A DNA stretch of 64,000 bases, taken from assembly GCA_023061495.1 (NCBI GenBank), contig GCA_023061495.1_3643.1. The stretch is one strand, 5' to 3'. A program made the translations under genes and the position numbers. How positions within the stretch are numbered: position 1 is the first letter of the stretch; each line of letters begins with the position of its first letter. The stretch is from Escherichia coli (GTDB taxonomy: Bacteria > Pseudomonadota > Gammaproteobacteria > Enterobacterales > Enterobacteriaceae). The notes below the pieces were generated by a model. It was not told where the DNA came from. It saw nothing but the letters and a program-made list of their open reading frames with translations, and made no database searches. Below, in pieces: positions 54,998 to 64,000 of the stretch.

Positions 54998-55882
54998 ATG
55001 CCAAGTAATATAGTTGATGAAAAAGACCTGTACAAGCCTCAAGAGGTTAAATCTCCAAAGGCTGAAAAGGCAGAGCAACAAACTGAAAGCGATGTAAAGT
55101 ACACTATGTTTGTCAGCGGTCTTAACCATGGTGGTCGCAATACGGAGATGAAGGGCAAAAACTTTACTAACGATCTTGCAATCATCTTCGATCAGATTGA
55201 GAATTACTCTTTCAAACATTCTGTTGATAAGACTGATTTTGCGGTGGAAGATAAATCTACCCTGTCAGACCACGCTGTAATTAAAGATGGTGTATTTTCT
55301 TTTACTGGTAGGGTAAATACATCACCACATATAATCTATGAGCAAAACTACATTGACAGGAATACTGACTCTAAAAACCCTGCAGCATCTATGCGACCAG
55401 GCGCTGCACTGGAGGCTTTGACTGAGATCATTAATAAGCGCCAGTTGGTTTCTTTGGTTACCGAGGAGAGGCTCCTTGAGAACTACATCATAACCAGTCT
55501 TTCTGCCAACAAGTCTGTTGGTGAAGGTGCTGCGATGGTGTTTGATGTAGAACTTACAGAGTTCCGCACATTCTACTTGAACAAGGTTGTTAATGCAACT
55601 GTATACAGCAACCCTAAGAAAGTAGGCAAGACCCAGCAAAAAGGTGCTGTCAACGATTGTAAGAATGGCAGTAACGTAGGTAACAAGAGGGACACAGGGG
55701 CATTTGCAGACACTGCATCCACAAATGCTGCAGAAGAGTGGCAGCCATACAAATCTATGATGTGGACAGATGAAAACGGTGTTACCCAATCTGCTGCGGA
55801 TTGGTATTACCAGGAATATGGAAGACCTTCTACCATAGTCCCATCTGAGCAGGGAAACTACAACAAAGTTAACGGAAAATAA
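54998..55882 (+). CDS. hypothetical tail/baseplate protein
   Basis: start set to RBS-supported ATG 54998 (GGAGAGG); 295 aa. Confidence 0.45.
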   Translation: MPSNIVDEKDLYKPQEVKSPKAEKAEQQTESDVKYTMFVSGLNHGGRNTEMKGKNFTNDLAIIFDQIENYSFKHSVDKTDFAVEDKSTLSDHAVIKDGVFSFTGRVNTSPHIIYEQNYIDRNTDSKNPAASMRPGAALEALTEIINKRQLVSLVTEERLLENYIITSLSANKSVGEGAAMVFDVELTEFRTFYLNKVVNATVYSNPKKVGKTQQKGAVNDCKNGSNVGNKRDTGAFADTASTNAAEEWQPYKSMMWTDENGVTQSAADWYYQEYGRPSTIVPSEQGNYNKVNGK

Positions 55883-55894
55883 GGGGAGCGTGTA

Positions 55895-56275
55895 ATGGAG
55901 CTTAAAGATTGGTGCATAATCACCTTTGTGTGGGACATTGACGGCTTTCCTGATCAAACCATGCGTGTTGTTTTAGACAATGAGACGTATGAAATGCGTA
56001 TGCAATGGAATGAGAGGGATGAGTCCTGGTGGCTATCTCTTGGTCCGGTAGGTGACAGCCCTTTAGTAACCAGAAAAGTAACAGCTTGTCAAGATATTCT
56101 AGACGGACTGCATTACAGAGACGATTTACCGAAAGGTAGATTGATGGTGCTGTCGTTTAAAGACGATCAATATTGGGGACGGGTTGGAAGATACAACCTT
56201 GGAGCAAGATCTGAGCTGCAACTTGTATACGGTACCCCAGTTGATCTTTACAAGGAACAGCAAGGGTTAGAATAA
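55895..56275 (+). CDS. hypothetical baseplate protein
   Basis: 126 aa with GGGGAG RBS. Confidence 0.45.
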   Translation: MELKDWCIITFVWDIDGFPDQTMRVVLDNETYEMRMQWNERDESWWLSLGPVGDSPLVTRKVTACQDILDGLHYRDDLPKGRLMVLSFKDDQYWGRVGRYNLGARSELQLVYGTPVDLYKEQQGLE

Positions 56276-57273
56276 TGGCAGAGTACAGACGTAGAACATG
56301 GCGACTGTTGTTTGGTCGTCCTGTAGAGCATGGCGGTAAATCAAAAACCAATATCCCAAAATCTGTTGAAAAGAAAGGAGAGAGTGATTCCGGAGTTTAT
56401 GAGATTAGCTCGGACACTGGTGCTGCCAATATAGAGTTTGACATACAAAAGGACAATACTAAAGAGCCAAACAAAGGCTATGTGACAGTTTACAACTTGT
56501 CTGACGATACAGTTAACTATCTAGATATGCATCAAGCTGATGCTCTTGCAGTTATGTTTGAGGCTGGCTATGATAATGAGAACCAGTTGATATTCTCCGG
56601 AACTGTAGAGTTTGTTGAGGACAGATGGGAAGGCCCGACCAGAAAAACTAAGTTCATCTTTGGTGATGGCACTGAGAACATCATTAAGTGCCAAAGCACA
56701 AGATCTTATCAGAAAGGTACACCTCTGAACTCTGTGCTTAATGACCTGCTGAAGGATATGAACTTGCCAAAAGGTAGGGTTGTTGGTTTTGGAAACCAGA
56801 CTCTGCAATACTCCATGGCTTTCTCTGGAAACACTGCAGAGAACCTCCGCAGGTTTGCAAGGCTGACAAACTCAACATTCAGCGTTCAGGACGGTGCTTT
56901 ATATTGGACCAAGGTTGGAAAAAGGTTCAAGGACTCTGTGTTTGAAATAAGTGCAGAGTCTGGGATGCACGGATCACCTACCCCTAAAAACCCAGAACCT
57001 GCTAAAAAACGAAAAGCTAAAGCTGCTGCGAAAGGTGGCACAAGTAAGAAAAAGAAAAACCCGAGAGAGGATGTTGGTCTTACTGTAACAACATGCCTTA
57101 ACGGAGCTATCCTCCCAGAGTCCACCATTTATCTTAAAAGTAGGCAATACACAGGCTTCTATAAGGTGATCACGGTGCACCATAAGGGCACCATAGAGGG
57201 CGGTGATTACACTACAGAGCTTGGCCTTGGGGAAACAATAGGTGGAGTTGTTGACAAAACTGAGGAGGTATAA
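56275..57273 (+). CDS. hypothetical baseplate protein
   Basis: 332 aa; ATGG/TAATG coupling with neighbours. Confidence 0.45.
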   Translation: MAEYRRRTWRLLFGRPVEHGGKSKTNIPKSVEKKGESDSGVYEISSDTGAANIEFDIQKDNTKEPNKGYVTVYNLSDDTVNYLDMHQADALAVMFEAGYDNENQLIFSGTVEFVEDRWEGPTRKTKFIFGDGTENIIKCQSTRSYQKGTPLNSVLNDLLKDMNLPKGRVVGFGNQTLQYSMAFSGNTAENLRRFARLTNSTFSVQDGALYWTKVGKRFKDSVFEISAESGMHGSPTPKNPEPAKKRKAKAAAKGGTSKKKKNPREDVGLTVTTCLNGAILPESTIYLKSRQYTGFYKVITVHHKGTIEGGDYTTELGLGETIGGVVDKTEEV

Positions 57274-57950
57274 TGGCAATAAATAGGAAAGATGCTGCCG
57301 TAAGATCCTTTATAGAAAAAATAATGAGGGACTACCACACCAGTATCAGGGCTAGAGTTGTCAGCGTAGATTACAGTATCCCTTCCGCAGCCGTGCAGCC
57401 AATAGCTGAAACCACGTTTGATGACGGAGATGTTGAGAGATACCCTCTTATCTATGATGTGCCAATCCAGGTGATGTCTGCAAACAGTGGGAAGGCAAGG
57501 TTAACACTCCCTATTAAGGCTGGAGATGTTGTAGGATTGCAGTTTTCAGAGAGAAATGAAAACAACAACGATGATCAACAAACTCACGGCCTGTTTCCGG
57601 GGTGGGCAATAACCTCTGTTCATTCAGACTCTAACGCTCTGCAGATCGATCCTGATAATGTAGAGTTATGGAATGATAAGGTTTATTTTAAGCTGACACC
57701 TTCTGGTGATTTTGAGCTTCAAACACCTGGTGGGACATTACGGTGCGACAGTAGCGGGGAGTTTTCTTTCACCAACGGAGCTGCCAATTTACGAGCTGCT
57801 GTGGATGGAAATATTAGAATGAATGGTGCCACAATAGACCCATCTGGTAGAATCATAACTGCTGCTGGTGTGGATTTGGACTCATTCTATGCAGAATATA
57901 AAGGTCATACCCACTCTTGCCCTGATGGTGAGACAAGTGGACCGCACTAA
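57273..57950 (+). CDS. putative baseplate spike/central spike protein (gpV-like)
   Basis: position in baseplate block; C-terminal His cluster KGHTHSCPDGETSGPH consistent with metal-binding spike apex. Confidence 0.5.
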   Translation: MAINRKDAAVRSFIEKIMRDYHTSIRARVVSVDYSIPSAAVQPIAETTFDDGDVERYPLIYDVPIQVMSANSGKARLTLPIKAGDVVGLQFSERNENNNDDQQTHGLFPGWAITSVHSDSNALQIDPDNVELWNDKVYFKLTPSGDFELQTPGGTLRCDSSGEFSFTNGAANLRAAVDGNIRMNGATIDPSGRIITAAGVDLDSFYAEYKGHTHSCPDGETSGPH

Positions 57951-57962
57951 TAGAGGGCTTGC

Positions 57963-58778
57963 ATGGCTACGCTTTATAGTGATATATTGATGGACCCACA
58001 GACAGGCGATTTGGCGATAGACAAAGGTCTTGAGTTGATAGACTCAAACCAAGTAAGTCTGCGCCAGCGCCTGTGGATGAGGTTTAATACCTGGAAAGGG
58101 AGCTGGTACTTTGACGAGTTGTTTGGCTTCCCTTATATGGACTTTCTCAGTAAGAAGGTCATGAAGACTGTTCTTGATAACAAGATTATGGAAGTGGCAA
58201 GACAAGAGCCGGATGTGCTAAACATCATAAACTTCCAATCTACTATGGATCGAAGATCGAGAACATATCAAGCGTTCTTTGAGGTTGTTACCAAGGAGAA
58301 CGAGATTGTAAGACTTGCTTTCGTAGGTCTTGATCAGTTTACCTATCCACAGCCTGATGCTGGGACAACCTCTCTCTGTGATGATGAAGGTTGGATTAAG
58401 TGGGCTAATAAACTGTACTACCTGATCAACTTTAGATTGCCTAGAACCGGGGATGCCACATGGTGGAACCAGTATGCCGGTCCTGAGATGGAAAACCCGA
58501 TCCCTGTAGGCTCTCTGTTGACTCAGGATAAAGATCTGCTGATGACTGAGGCAGAACAAACCATTAACCGCAATACCTGGACGCTTGCTCCAGATGAGCG
58601 CGAATATTCTGGTGTTATTGCTACATCTAATGATGAGGCTATTGCCAACCAGTCTGACGTNNNNNNNNNNNNNNNNNNNNNNNNNNNNNNNNNNNNNNNN
58701 NNNNNNNNNNNNNNNNNNNNNNNNNNNNNNNNNNNNNNNNNNNNNNNNNNNNNNGGTCGTGCTATTGATGTTAACTAA
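57963..58778 (+). CDS. hypothetical baseplate protein, interrupted by assembly gap
   Basis: ORF spans the N run 58661..58754, so true length and frame are unverified. Confidence 0.35.
   Translation: MATLYSDILMDPQTGDLAIDKGLELIDSNQVSLRQRLWMRFNTWKGSWYFDELFGFPYMDFLSKKVMKTVLDNKIMEVARQEPDVLNIINFQSTMDRRSRTYQAFFEVVTKENEIVRLAFVGLDQFTYPQPDAGTTSLCDDEGWIKWANKLYYLINFRLPRTGDATWWNQYAGPEMENPIPVGSLLTQDKDLLMTEAEQTINRNTWTLAPDEREYSGVIATSNDEAIANQSDXXXXXXXXXXXXXXXXXXXXXXXXXXXXXXXXGRAIDVN
58661..58754. other. assembly gap (94 N)
   Basis: literal N run. Confidence 0.95.
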
Positions 58779-58787
58779 GGGGAAATC

Positions 58788-59456
58788 ATGGCTGTAGCTT
58801 ATCCTACAATACCAATTCCAGATCTTGAAGATGCAGAAACAGTCCTGAGTGATGACTTCTTGGTTGTCAATCAGACTGATGGGACAAGAAAGGCTAAGAT
58901 TGACGATGTTGTCAACGATCTCAGCATTACTAAAATAGTCTATTTCACAGAGGGCGGCTATCTTAAGAGCAAGAAGGACTTTGCTTATGACCCAGAGACC
59001 AAGCGCTACTACACGTGGAACGGGGATTATCCTAAAATAATCCTCCCAGACTCTACTGTAGATGGTGCTGGGGGTGTGTCTGCAAAAGCCTGGTCTGTTT
59101 TTGGAGAGCTTGCTGCAACTTCTTCTGGTAGAATAGTTGATTACGGGTCTATTGGTGGTCAGCTTGATATGGACCTTGAAGTTGCTGACACTTTTAAAGT
59201 TCGACTAACTTCAAATACCACGATCTCTTTTGAGAATCAAACAGAAGGTCTTGAAGGGGTGGCGAGAACTATAACCGTATGCATTACTCAGACATCTGGC
59301 GGCAACAAAGTCTATTGGCCTGATAATGTTAAATGGGCATACGGAAGAGATCCTATCCTAACATTTACAGCTGGTGCAACAGATATTTTCAAGTTAGAAA
59401 CCTACGACAACGGGTTAACTTGGTACGGGGCACTGATTATCGCAGGAGCTATCTAA
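58788..59456 (+). CDS. hypothetical tail protein
   Basis: 222-aa ORF. Confidence 0.45.
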   Translation: MAVAYPTIPIPDLEDAETVLSDDFLVVNQTDGTRKAKIDDVVNDLSITKIVYFTEGGYLKSKKDFAYDPETKRYYTWNGDYPKIILPDSTVDGAGGVSAKAWSVFGELAATSSGRIVDYGSIGGQLDMDLEVADTFKVRLTSNTTISFENQTEGLEGVARTITVCITQTSGGNKVYWPDNVKWAYGRDPILTFTAGATDIFKLETYDNGLTWYGALIIAGAI

Positions 59457-59457
59457 G

Positions 59458-62055
59458 ATGCGTATTCAACACAACATTGATAACGTATTTCAGATGATTG
59501 AGGGGCACAGGAAGTGCCTCGATAATAACACAGGTATTACCAATCTCCCCACGCAGAACAAACTGGTAAACCAGGATGGGCTTATAGCGTCAGGTTGGTC
59601 AGGGAGCAAGATAAATAATGATTGGGCAATGCATGAGTCCCAAGCTGTGTTGATTCTGGGATACATTGAAGCATACAGGGCATCGAAAAGCGATTTCTAC
59701 TTGGATAGGGCAAAAGCTGCTTGGGAAGCTTACAATAGTCATCTTCTAGGTGCATATGCAGTAGAAAGTAAAATGCAAAGATTGTCCCACTACCCATTAT
59801 CCACAGATGGGGTTCCATCGCATGGCGGGTTTAAAGATGTAGTGGTGTCTTTTACCAATGGTAGAGGAAAAATCCCAGCTGGATCTCCGACATGGGGTGA
59901 ATACCTAGACAAGGCATTCCAAGCGTATAACGGTGTGCTAGGAAGAAACACTGTAGACTCTGATGTTTACGGCGGCACGGATGCTAACCCAAATTGGACA
60001 ACATCTGGATTAAGTTGGTGGGTTGAGTGGTATATAGCATGGGATGGTAACCGCTATTGGGCCAACGGTAGCATAGCCGACAGTGGTCATACGTCTGCAG
60101 AGTTCGGCACAATCCAACTGCAGGATAAGGGTGTTACAGGCAGCCACAAGGTAACCTACTGTGTGAGATTGCCACAAGAGCAGGGTGGATCGGTGATATC
60201 TGCTGGATCCCCTGTAATTGTAAACCCTATAAATGTGGTTGCAGACAATCAAGCCCCAGAGTTGGACGGGGAAGAAATGTGGTGTGACGCTTGTTATCAA
60301 CTCTACACTTTGACAGACGAGGAAAAGTATTACACCGCGTTTAAACAGTCTTACAACAAGTTGCTTAATTTCAGTGATATAAATGCCTACGACAAGTTGT
60401 TTAGAAAGACCACGTTGATTAAGGCACCGTTCACAGATGGTACTTGTCTCGTTGCAGGAACAGTTCCTGTCATGAGTAGGGACAGCGACGGGTATATCAA
60501 TTTTAGAATGAACGCACGCCAGCCTTGCGAAATAATCCAAAAAGGGACTACATACAAGATAGGCAGAGATGCTGAAATTGTTATGAATTTCGGAGGAGAG
60601 GGGGTTCTGTTCCAGCCACATTTCATCCTTAATGATGGCAACAATAACAAAAAACAGTATAGGATAGGGGTCCCTTTTGGAGGGTCAGAGGTAACAGAGA
60701 CAGTTGCCAAGGTTACTGATTTCGTAGAGGTGGTTGGTAAAGACGGTAACCCGTATCTTCTGCCAAAAGAGGAAAACATTGCCGTAAGCGGTGGCGCTAG
60801 TGTTAGTATGCAATATGATACCGACATTTACAACCACTCCGACAACTTCACCCGTTGCAACATAGTAAGAGGCAAAGTAACTTTAAATTTTGGAAGGGAG
60901 ATTTCTTTAAACTCAGTAACTTATCGATCAGATGATGAGATGGTAAGGGTCAAATTTCTTGACAAAGACCGTTGGTTATGGTATGCTGATCTATATGCCA
61001 CTAACGGACAATGGATAACAGAAACTCTTACCCTAGGTGATTTTAAACTAGATCCAACACAACTTCATCACACAGAAGATGAGATTAAACCTTTCTTTGC
61101 CAACCCTAAAGGAATTACCTCTGTAGATTTCAGTCTGAGCGACAGGCAGATAGGCAATGGCTTGTTCGATCTGTATTGCGTCAACACTCTGCCGCAATTT
61201 TATGTTGCAGATAGGGATGCTTATCTGATCTGGTTTAGTGTATGGATGGCAAGCAAGACAGAATCAACCGCTAAGGTTGGTGATTGCTATGTCAGAAACT
61301 ACAAGCAAGGTGCCTACAGGCACACCCCAGGTGTGTTCCCTGCCGGAAAGGTGATAGACAAGGAAAATTATCTCTTAGAGGAAAGGCCAAATTGGCCCTA
61401 TCCCGGAATGCAATATCCGGTAGTCTACTGTATGGGTGCGGAAAACATAGATCGTCAAAGATTGGCAAATACAATTGGATTTATGTACGACTCCCAAGTT
61501 TGGTATAATAACACATTTAAAACAGAAGGACCAGTTGCATCCCGCTACGTATGGCAGCGAGGTAATGAGGGGTTGACTGGTTGGTGGGAGATGGTAGATA
61601 ACTCTAAACTCCAATCAAGAGCCTTTGTTGCTGCGTGCCGCACACTATATGAGCTTAAGAAACATAAAGAACCTGTTGATGAAAGACTGTTCCTGTTCTG
61701 CCAGAAATGGGCATGGTTCCTCAACAGATTCCAGTCATCTCATTCCGGAAATCTACCTACAGACTTTAACACCTCTGGTGGATATTCTTATCAAGACAGA
61801 GGGGACAGGATGTGGGTGGTAGGTGAATGGCTTGCAGGTTGCTGCTGGCTAGGTCTGTGCGGGTATTCAGAGACAATACCTCAAATAGATATTGTTGTAG
61901 AAGCCTGTGTGAAGTTACTGCAAAAGCACCACTTCATTAACGGGGATAATGTTTTAAACGGCTGCTGGGCAGTTTCTGATCCGGTAGGCTATCACTCTGG
62001 CGAAATCCTTCGCGGTCTGGGACTTTATGCCCAATACCGTGGATTGTACCTTTAA
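59458..62055 (+). CDS. putative tail fibre/tailspike protein
   Basis: 865 aa, Trp/Tyr/Gly/Asn-rich composition typical of receptor-binding proteins; distal tail position. Confidence 0.5.
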   Translation: MRIQHNIDNVFQMIEGHRKCLDNNTGITNLPTQNKLVNQDGLIASGWSGSKINNDWAMHESQAVLILGYIEAYRASKSDFYLDRAKAAWEAYNSHLLGAYAVESKMQRLSHYPLSTDGVPSHGGFKDVVVSFTNGRGKIPAGSPTWGEYLDKAFQAYNGVLGRNTVDSDVYGGTDANPNWTTSGLSWWVEWYIAWDGNRYWANGSIADSGHTSAEFGTIQLQDKGVTGSHKVTYCVRLPQEQGGSVISAGSPVIVNPINVVADNQAPELDGEEMWCDACYQLYTLTDEEKYYTAFKQSYNKLLNFSDINAYDKLFRKTTLIKAPFTDGTCLVAGTVPVMSRDSDGYINFRMNARQPCEIIQKGTTYKIGRDAEIVMNFGGEGVLFQPHFILNDGNNNKKQYRIGVPFGGSEVTETVAKVTDFVEVVGKDGNPYLLPKEENIAVSGGASVSMQYDTDIYNHSDNFTRCNIVRGKVTLNFGREISLNSVTYRSDDEMVRVKFLDKDRWLWYADLYATNGQWITETLTLGDFKLDPTQLHHTEDEIKPFFANPKGITSVDFSLSDRQIGNGLFDLYCVNTLPQFYVADRDAYLIWFSVWMASKTESTAKVGDCYVRNYKQGAYRHTPGVFPAGKVIDKENYLLEERPNWPYPGMQYPVVYCMGAENIDRQRLANTIGFMYDSQVWYNNTFKTEGPVASRYVWQRGNEGLTGWWEMVDNSKLQSRAFVAACRTLYELKKHKEPVDERLFLFCQKWAWFLNRFQSSHSGNLPTDFNTSGGYSYQDRGDRMWVVGEWLAGCCWLGLCGYSETIPQIDIVVEACVKLLQKHHFINGDNVLNGCWAVSDPVGYHSGEILRGLGLYAQYRGLYL

Positions 62056-62058
62056 CAT

Positions 62059-62080
62059 AGGGGGCTGTTTGCCCCCTTTC
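62059..62080 (+). terminator. possible terminator or attenuator
   Basis: GGGGGC-tgttt-GCCCCC followed by short T tract. Confidence 0.35.
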
Positions 62081-62090
62081 AGGAGAAAGA

Positions 62091-64000
62091 ATGGCTGATA
62101 TTAAAGTTGTCAGAATTGAATCTCTTCCTGCCACTACCGCAGTGACAGAGGATGATTACCTGGTTGTTCAACAACCAGACCTGACCCGTCGTGTAAAAAT
62201 TGGCGATGTTGTCCATGTGGATGGGACTGTTTCTCATGTAATCTCCTTTAAGGAAGGTGGTAAGTTAAACGGCCCAATGGATTTTGCCTACTTCGAAGAG
62301 GAAGACCTCTACCTGCGTTGGAAAGGCGAATTTCCGCACACTGTTCCTGCACTGTCTTCACCTTACGCTGATGGTGGGATTACCGATGCTGCATGGATGG
62401 TATATACAGATCCGTCCTTAAGGGAGGAGCTGGAATCTACCATTGGTGCATCTATGATCATGACAGCCGAAGGGCAGTCTGTCCAGGATGTAATGGATGT
62501 TACGGTTCAGACAGCCAACGATGCTAAAGCGCTTGCACAGCGGGTAGATTTTGGTACAGTGCATACTGTAGGCGATGTCATTCACCTTGTCAACTTTGTT
62601 GGTCCTGCAGTTATTGAAGAGGGAAGAACCACTAACTACCCTTCTGAAGCAGCTGGTGAAAAATTTCTGAACGGTGTGGTATCTCGTCGTGATACTACAA
62701 CTGTTGATGGTATTTTCCGTGGCGCTACCTCAGGAGCCATGTATACCATTGCAGTAACCAACGGTGTAGCAACAACAAAAAGAATAGCACTTCGTGATGA
62801 ATTTAAACGCCTGGAGGCAAACAATCCAACAAGAACAGTTATCCGTGCTGGAGATGATTTAAACACAGCAGGGTACTTGCAGCTTGATGCAACAGGCCGT
62901 TGGGGTATGTGGAACCAGCAAACAGCCTCGTGGCAACCTCTTGCTATAGAGCAAGGCGGTACAGGAGCCAGAGATGCCGCTGGAGTCCGTATCAATATCG
63001 GTGCTTTCTATAAGCAACGTGCAGCCCTTGAGGCAAATTTTAATATCAATAACTTGACTGGTAATCAGGACGGCATATACTATCAGCCGATGACTGCTAA
63101 TGCAACTGAGGCAAATGGTTACCCTGCAGGTTCTGGTGCTGGTCACTTGATTGTTTGGCAGAACAATGCTAACGGCGGTACAGGTTGTCGTCAGGAATAC
63201 TATCCATTCTCTAACGTGGATGTTTGGTATTTGAGAACCTATCAGGCTAACACAAACCAGTGGACTGCATGGCAGCCGATGGTCAGACCTCGGAATGATG
63301 ACACCTTCAGATCTCATATCGGCCTTGGTAAAAACAACTCTCCTGCTTTCGGGCACCTTTACTTAGCGCAATACTCAGGAGATGTTAAATCTGCTTCAGG
63401 TATTCTCCATGGAGATAAATATAACACTGATGGTGTTCTAGAGCATGGCTATAGGATCTACTCCGAGGTAAGAAACGACAATAAGGCGTGGTTAACAATC
63501 CACCTGCACAAAGGCGCAAAAGGATCTGAAACTCATAGATATTTAGGCTTCCGTGAGGATGGGGTCTTAGATTGTCCTAAATATATGCAGGTTGGTGATC
63601 TGAACGGTCAGCTGGCAAACTGGGGACTTGGAGAATGGATTCGTAGTTCAGGGGCAGAAAGAGGATTCTGGGGTTCCAAGAAAGCCGCCAAGATGGTAGT
63701 CTGGGATGGAGGGATGGACGAGTCCGGTAATGGTACTCTGGAATGGGGTGTTTATAACAACCGGAAGGCCAAGTGGGAACCTTTACCTCAGGCCGCAGGT
63801 GGCACTGGAGCTACAACTTTAGCAGATGCTCAGAATCTGTTCAAAGTTCCTGTAGCGGCAGGCGTAAAAGATTTCTTAACACTGCCAAGAACTGCAGGAA
63901 TGGAAGATGGGAAATACTACCCAATCATCGTTAGAACAGATCCATACTATGCGCCCACAACTGGTACTGATATTACTATAGTTACCAGATCGTCATCTGG
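62091..64000 (+). CDS. tail fibre protein, 3' end runs off window
   Basis: hand translation from ATG 62091 (AGGAG RBS) stays open to window end; repeated GGTGA motifs (IEQGGTGARDAAGVRINIG; QAAGGTGATTLADAQ) typical of phage fibre proteins. Confidence 0.6.
   Translation, partial: MADIKVVRIESLPATTAVTEDDYLVVQQPDLTRRVKIGDVVHVDGTVSHVISFKEGGKLNGPMDFAYFEEEDLYLRWKGEFPHTVPALSSPYADGGITDAAWMVYTDPSLREELESTIGASMIMTAEGQSVQDVMDVTVQTANDAKALAQRVDFGTVHTVGDVIHLVNFVGPAVIEEGRTTNYPSEAAGEKFLNGVVSRRDTTTVDGIFRGATSGAMYTIAVTNGVATTKRIALRDEFKRLEANNPTRTVIRAGDDLNTAGYLQLDATGRWGMWNQQTASWQPLAIEQGGTGARDAAGVRINIGAFYKQRAALEANFNINNLTGNQDGIYYQPMTANATEANGYPAGSGAGHLIVWQNNANGGTGCRQEYYPFSNVDVWYLRTYQANTNQWTAWQPMVRPRNDDTFRSHIGLGKNNSPAFGHLYLAQYSGDVKSASGILHGDKYNTDGVLEHGYRIYSEVRNDNKAWLTIHLHKGAKGSETHRYLGFREDGVLDCPKYMQVGDLNGQLANWGLGEWIRSSGAERGFWGSKKAAKMVVWDGGMDESGNGTLEWGVYNNRKAKWEPLPQAAGGTGATTLADAQNLFKVPVAAGVKDFLTLPRTAGMEDGKYYPIIVRTDPYYAPTTGTDITIVTRSSS

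Noticed and set aside
59582-63356. Minus-strand ORFs within tail-fibre genes (59582..59818, 60010..60621, 60387..60827, 62636..62995, 62859..63356)
   Set aside because: Antisense to continuous plus-strand reading frames with RBS-supported starts
1-64000. CRISPR array, integrase/att sites or other temperate-phage features
   Set aside because: No spaced direct-repeat array, no tyrosine or serine recombinase motifs and no repressor/cro pair seen; the architecture looks virulent
1-64000. Assignment to a named phage genus (T4-like, T5-like, Felix O1-like)
   Set aside because: Gene content partly resembles several virulent enterobacterial phage groups, but I cannot verify identity without a database search, so no taxon is asserted

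Overview
This window reads as a contiguous piece of a virulent tailed-phage genome, myovirus-like, with an enterobacterial-type host suggested by near-consensus sigma70 promoters and host-optimal codons in the capsid and sheath genes. All calls rest on motif reading and gene order in the supplied translations; no database search or RNA folding was run. Positions 1-32860 are a minus-strand early region of many small overlapping ORFs plus a nucleotide/DNA-metabolism block: two N6-adenine methyltransferases, a ClpP-like protease, PhoH, NrdG, NrdD (split by a group I intron carrying an HNH endonuclease), glutaredoxin, NrdB, NrdA, ThyX, a HAD nucleotidase, a DnaQ-like exonuclease, endonuclease VII, a RuvC-like protein, a flap endonuclease, a lambda-R-like endolysin, ATP-dependent DNA ligase, a Sir2-like protein and an RNA ligase. 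Transcription diverges at about 32.9 kb. On the plus strand follow a polynucleotide kinase and metallophosphoesterase, an HTH protein with a palindrome-rich region, two GC-rich non-coding blocks, a cluster of six clear tRNAs plus one atypical tRNA-like gene, a spanin pair, and the late module (terminase, portal, scaffold, decoration, capsid, sheath, tube, chaperone with a -1 frameshift site, tape measure, baseplate, tail fibres). The candidates I would look at first for something undescribed are the Sir2-like gene with its unknown neighbours, the split RNA-repair cassette beside the tRNA island, and the two GC-rich non-coding blocks. Two N-runs (27915-28011, 58661-58754) are assembly gaps.
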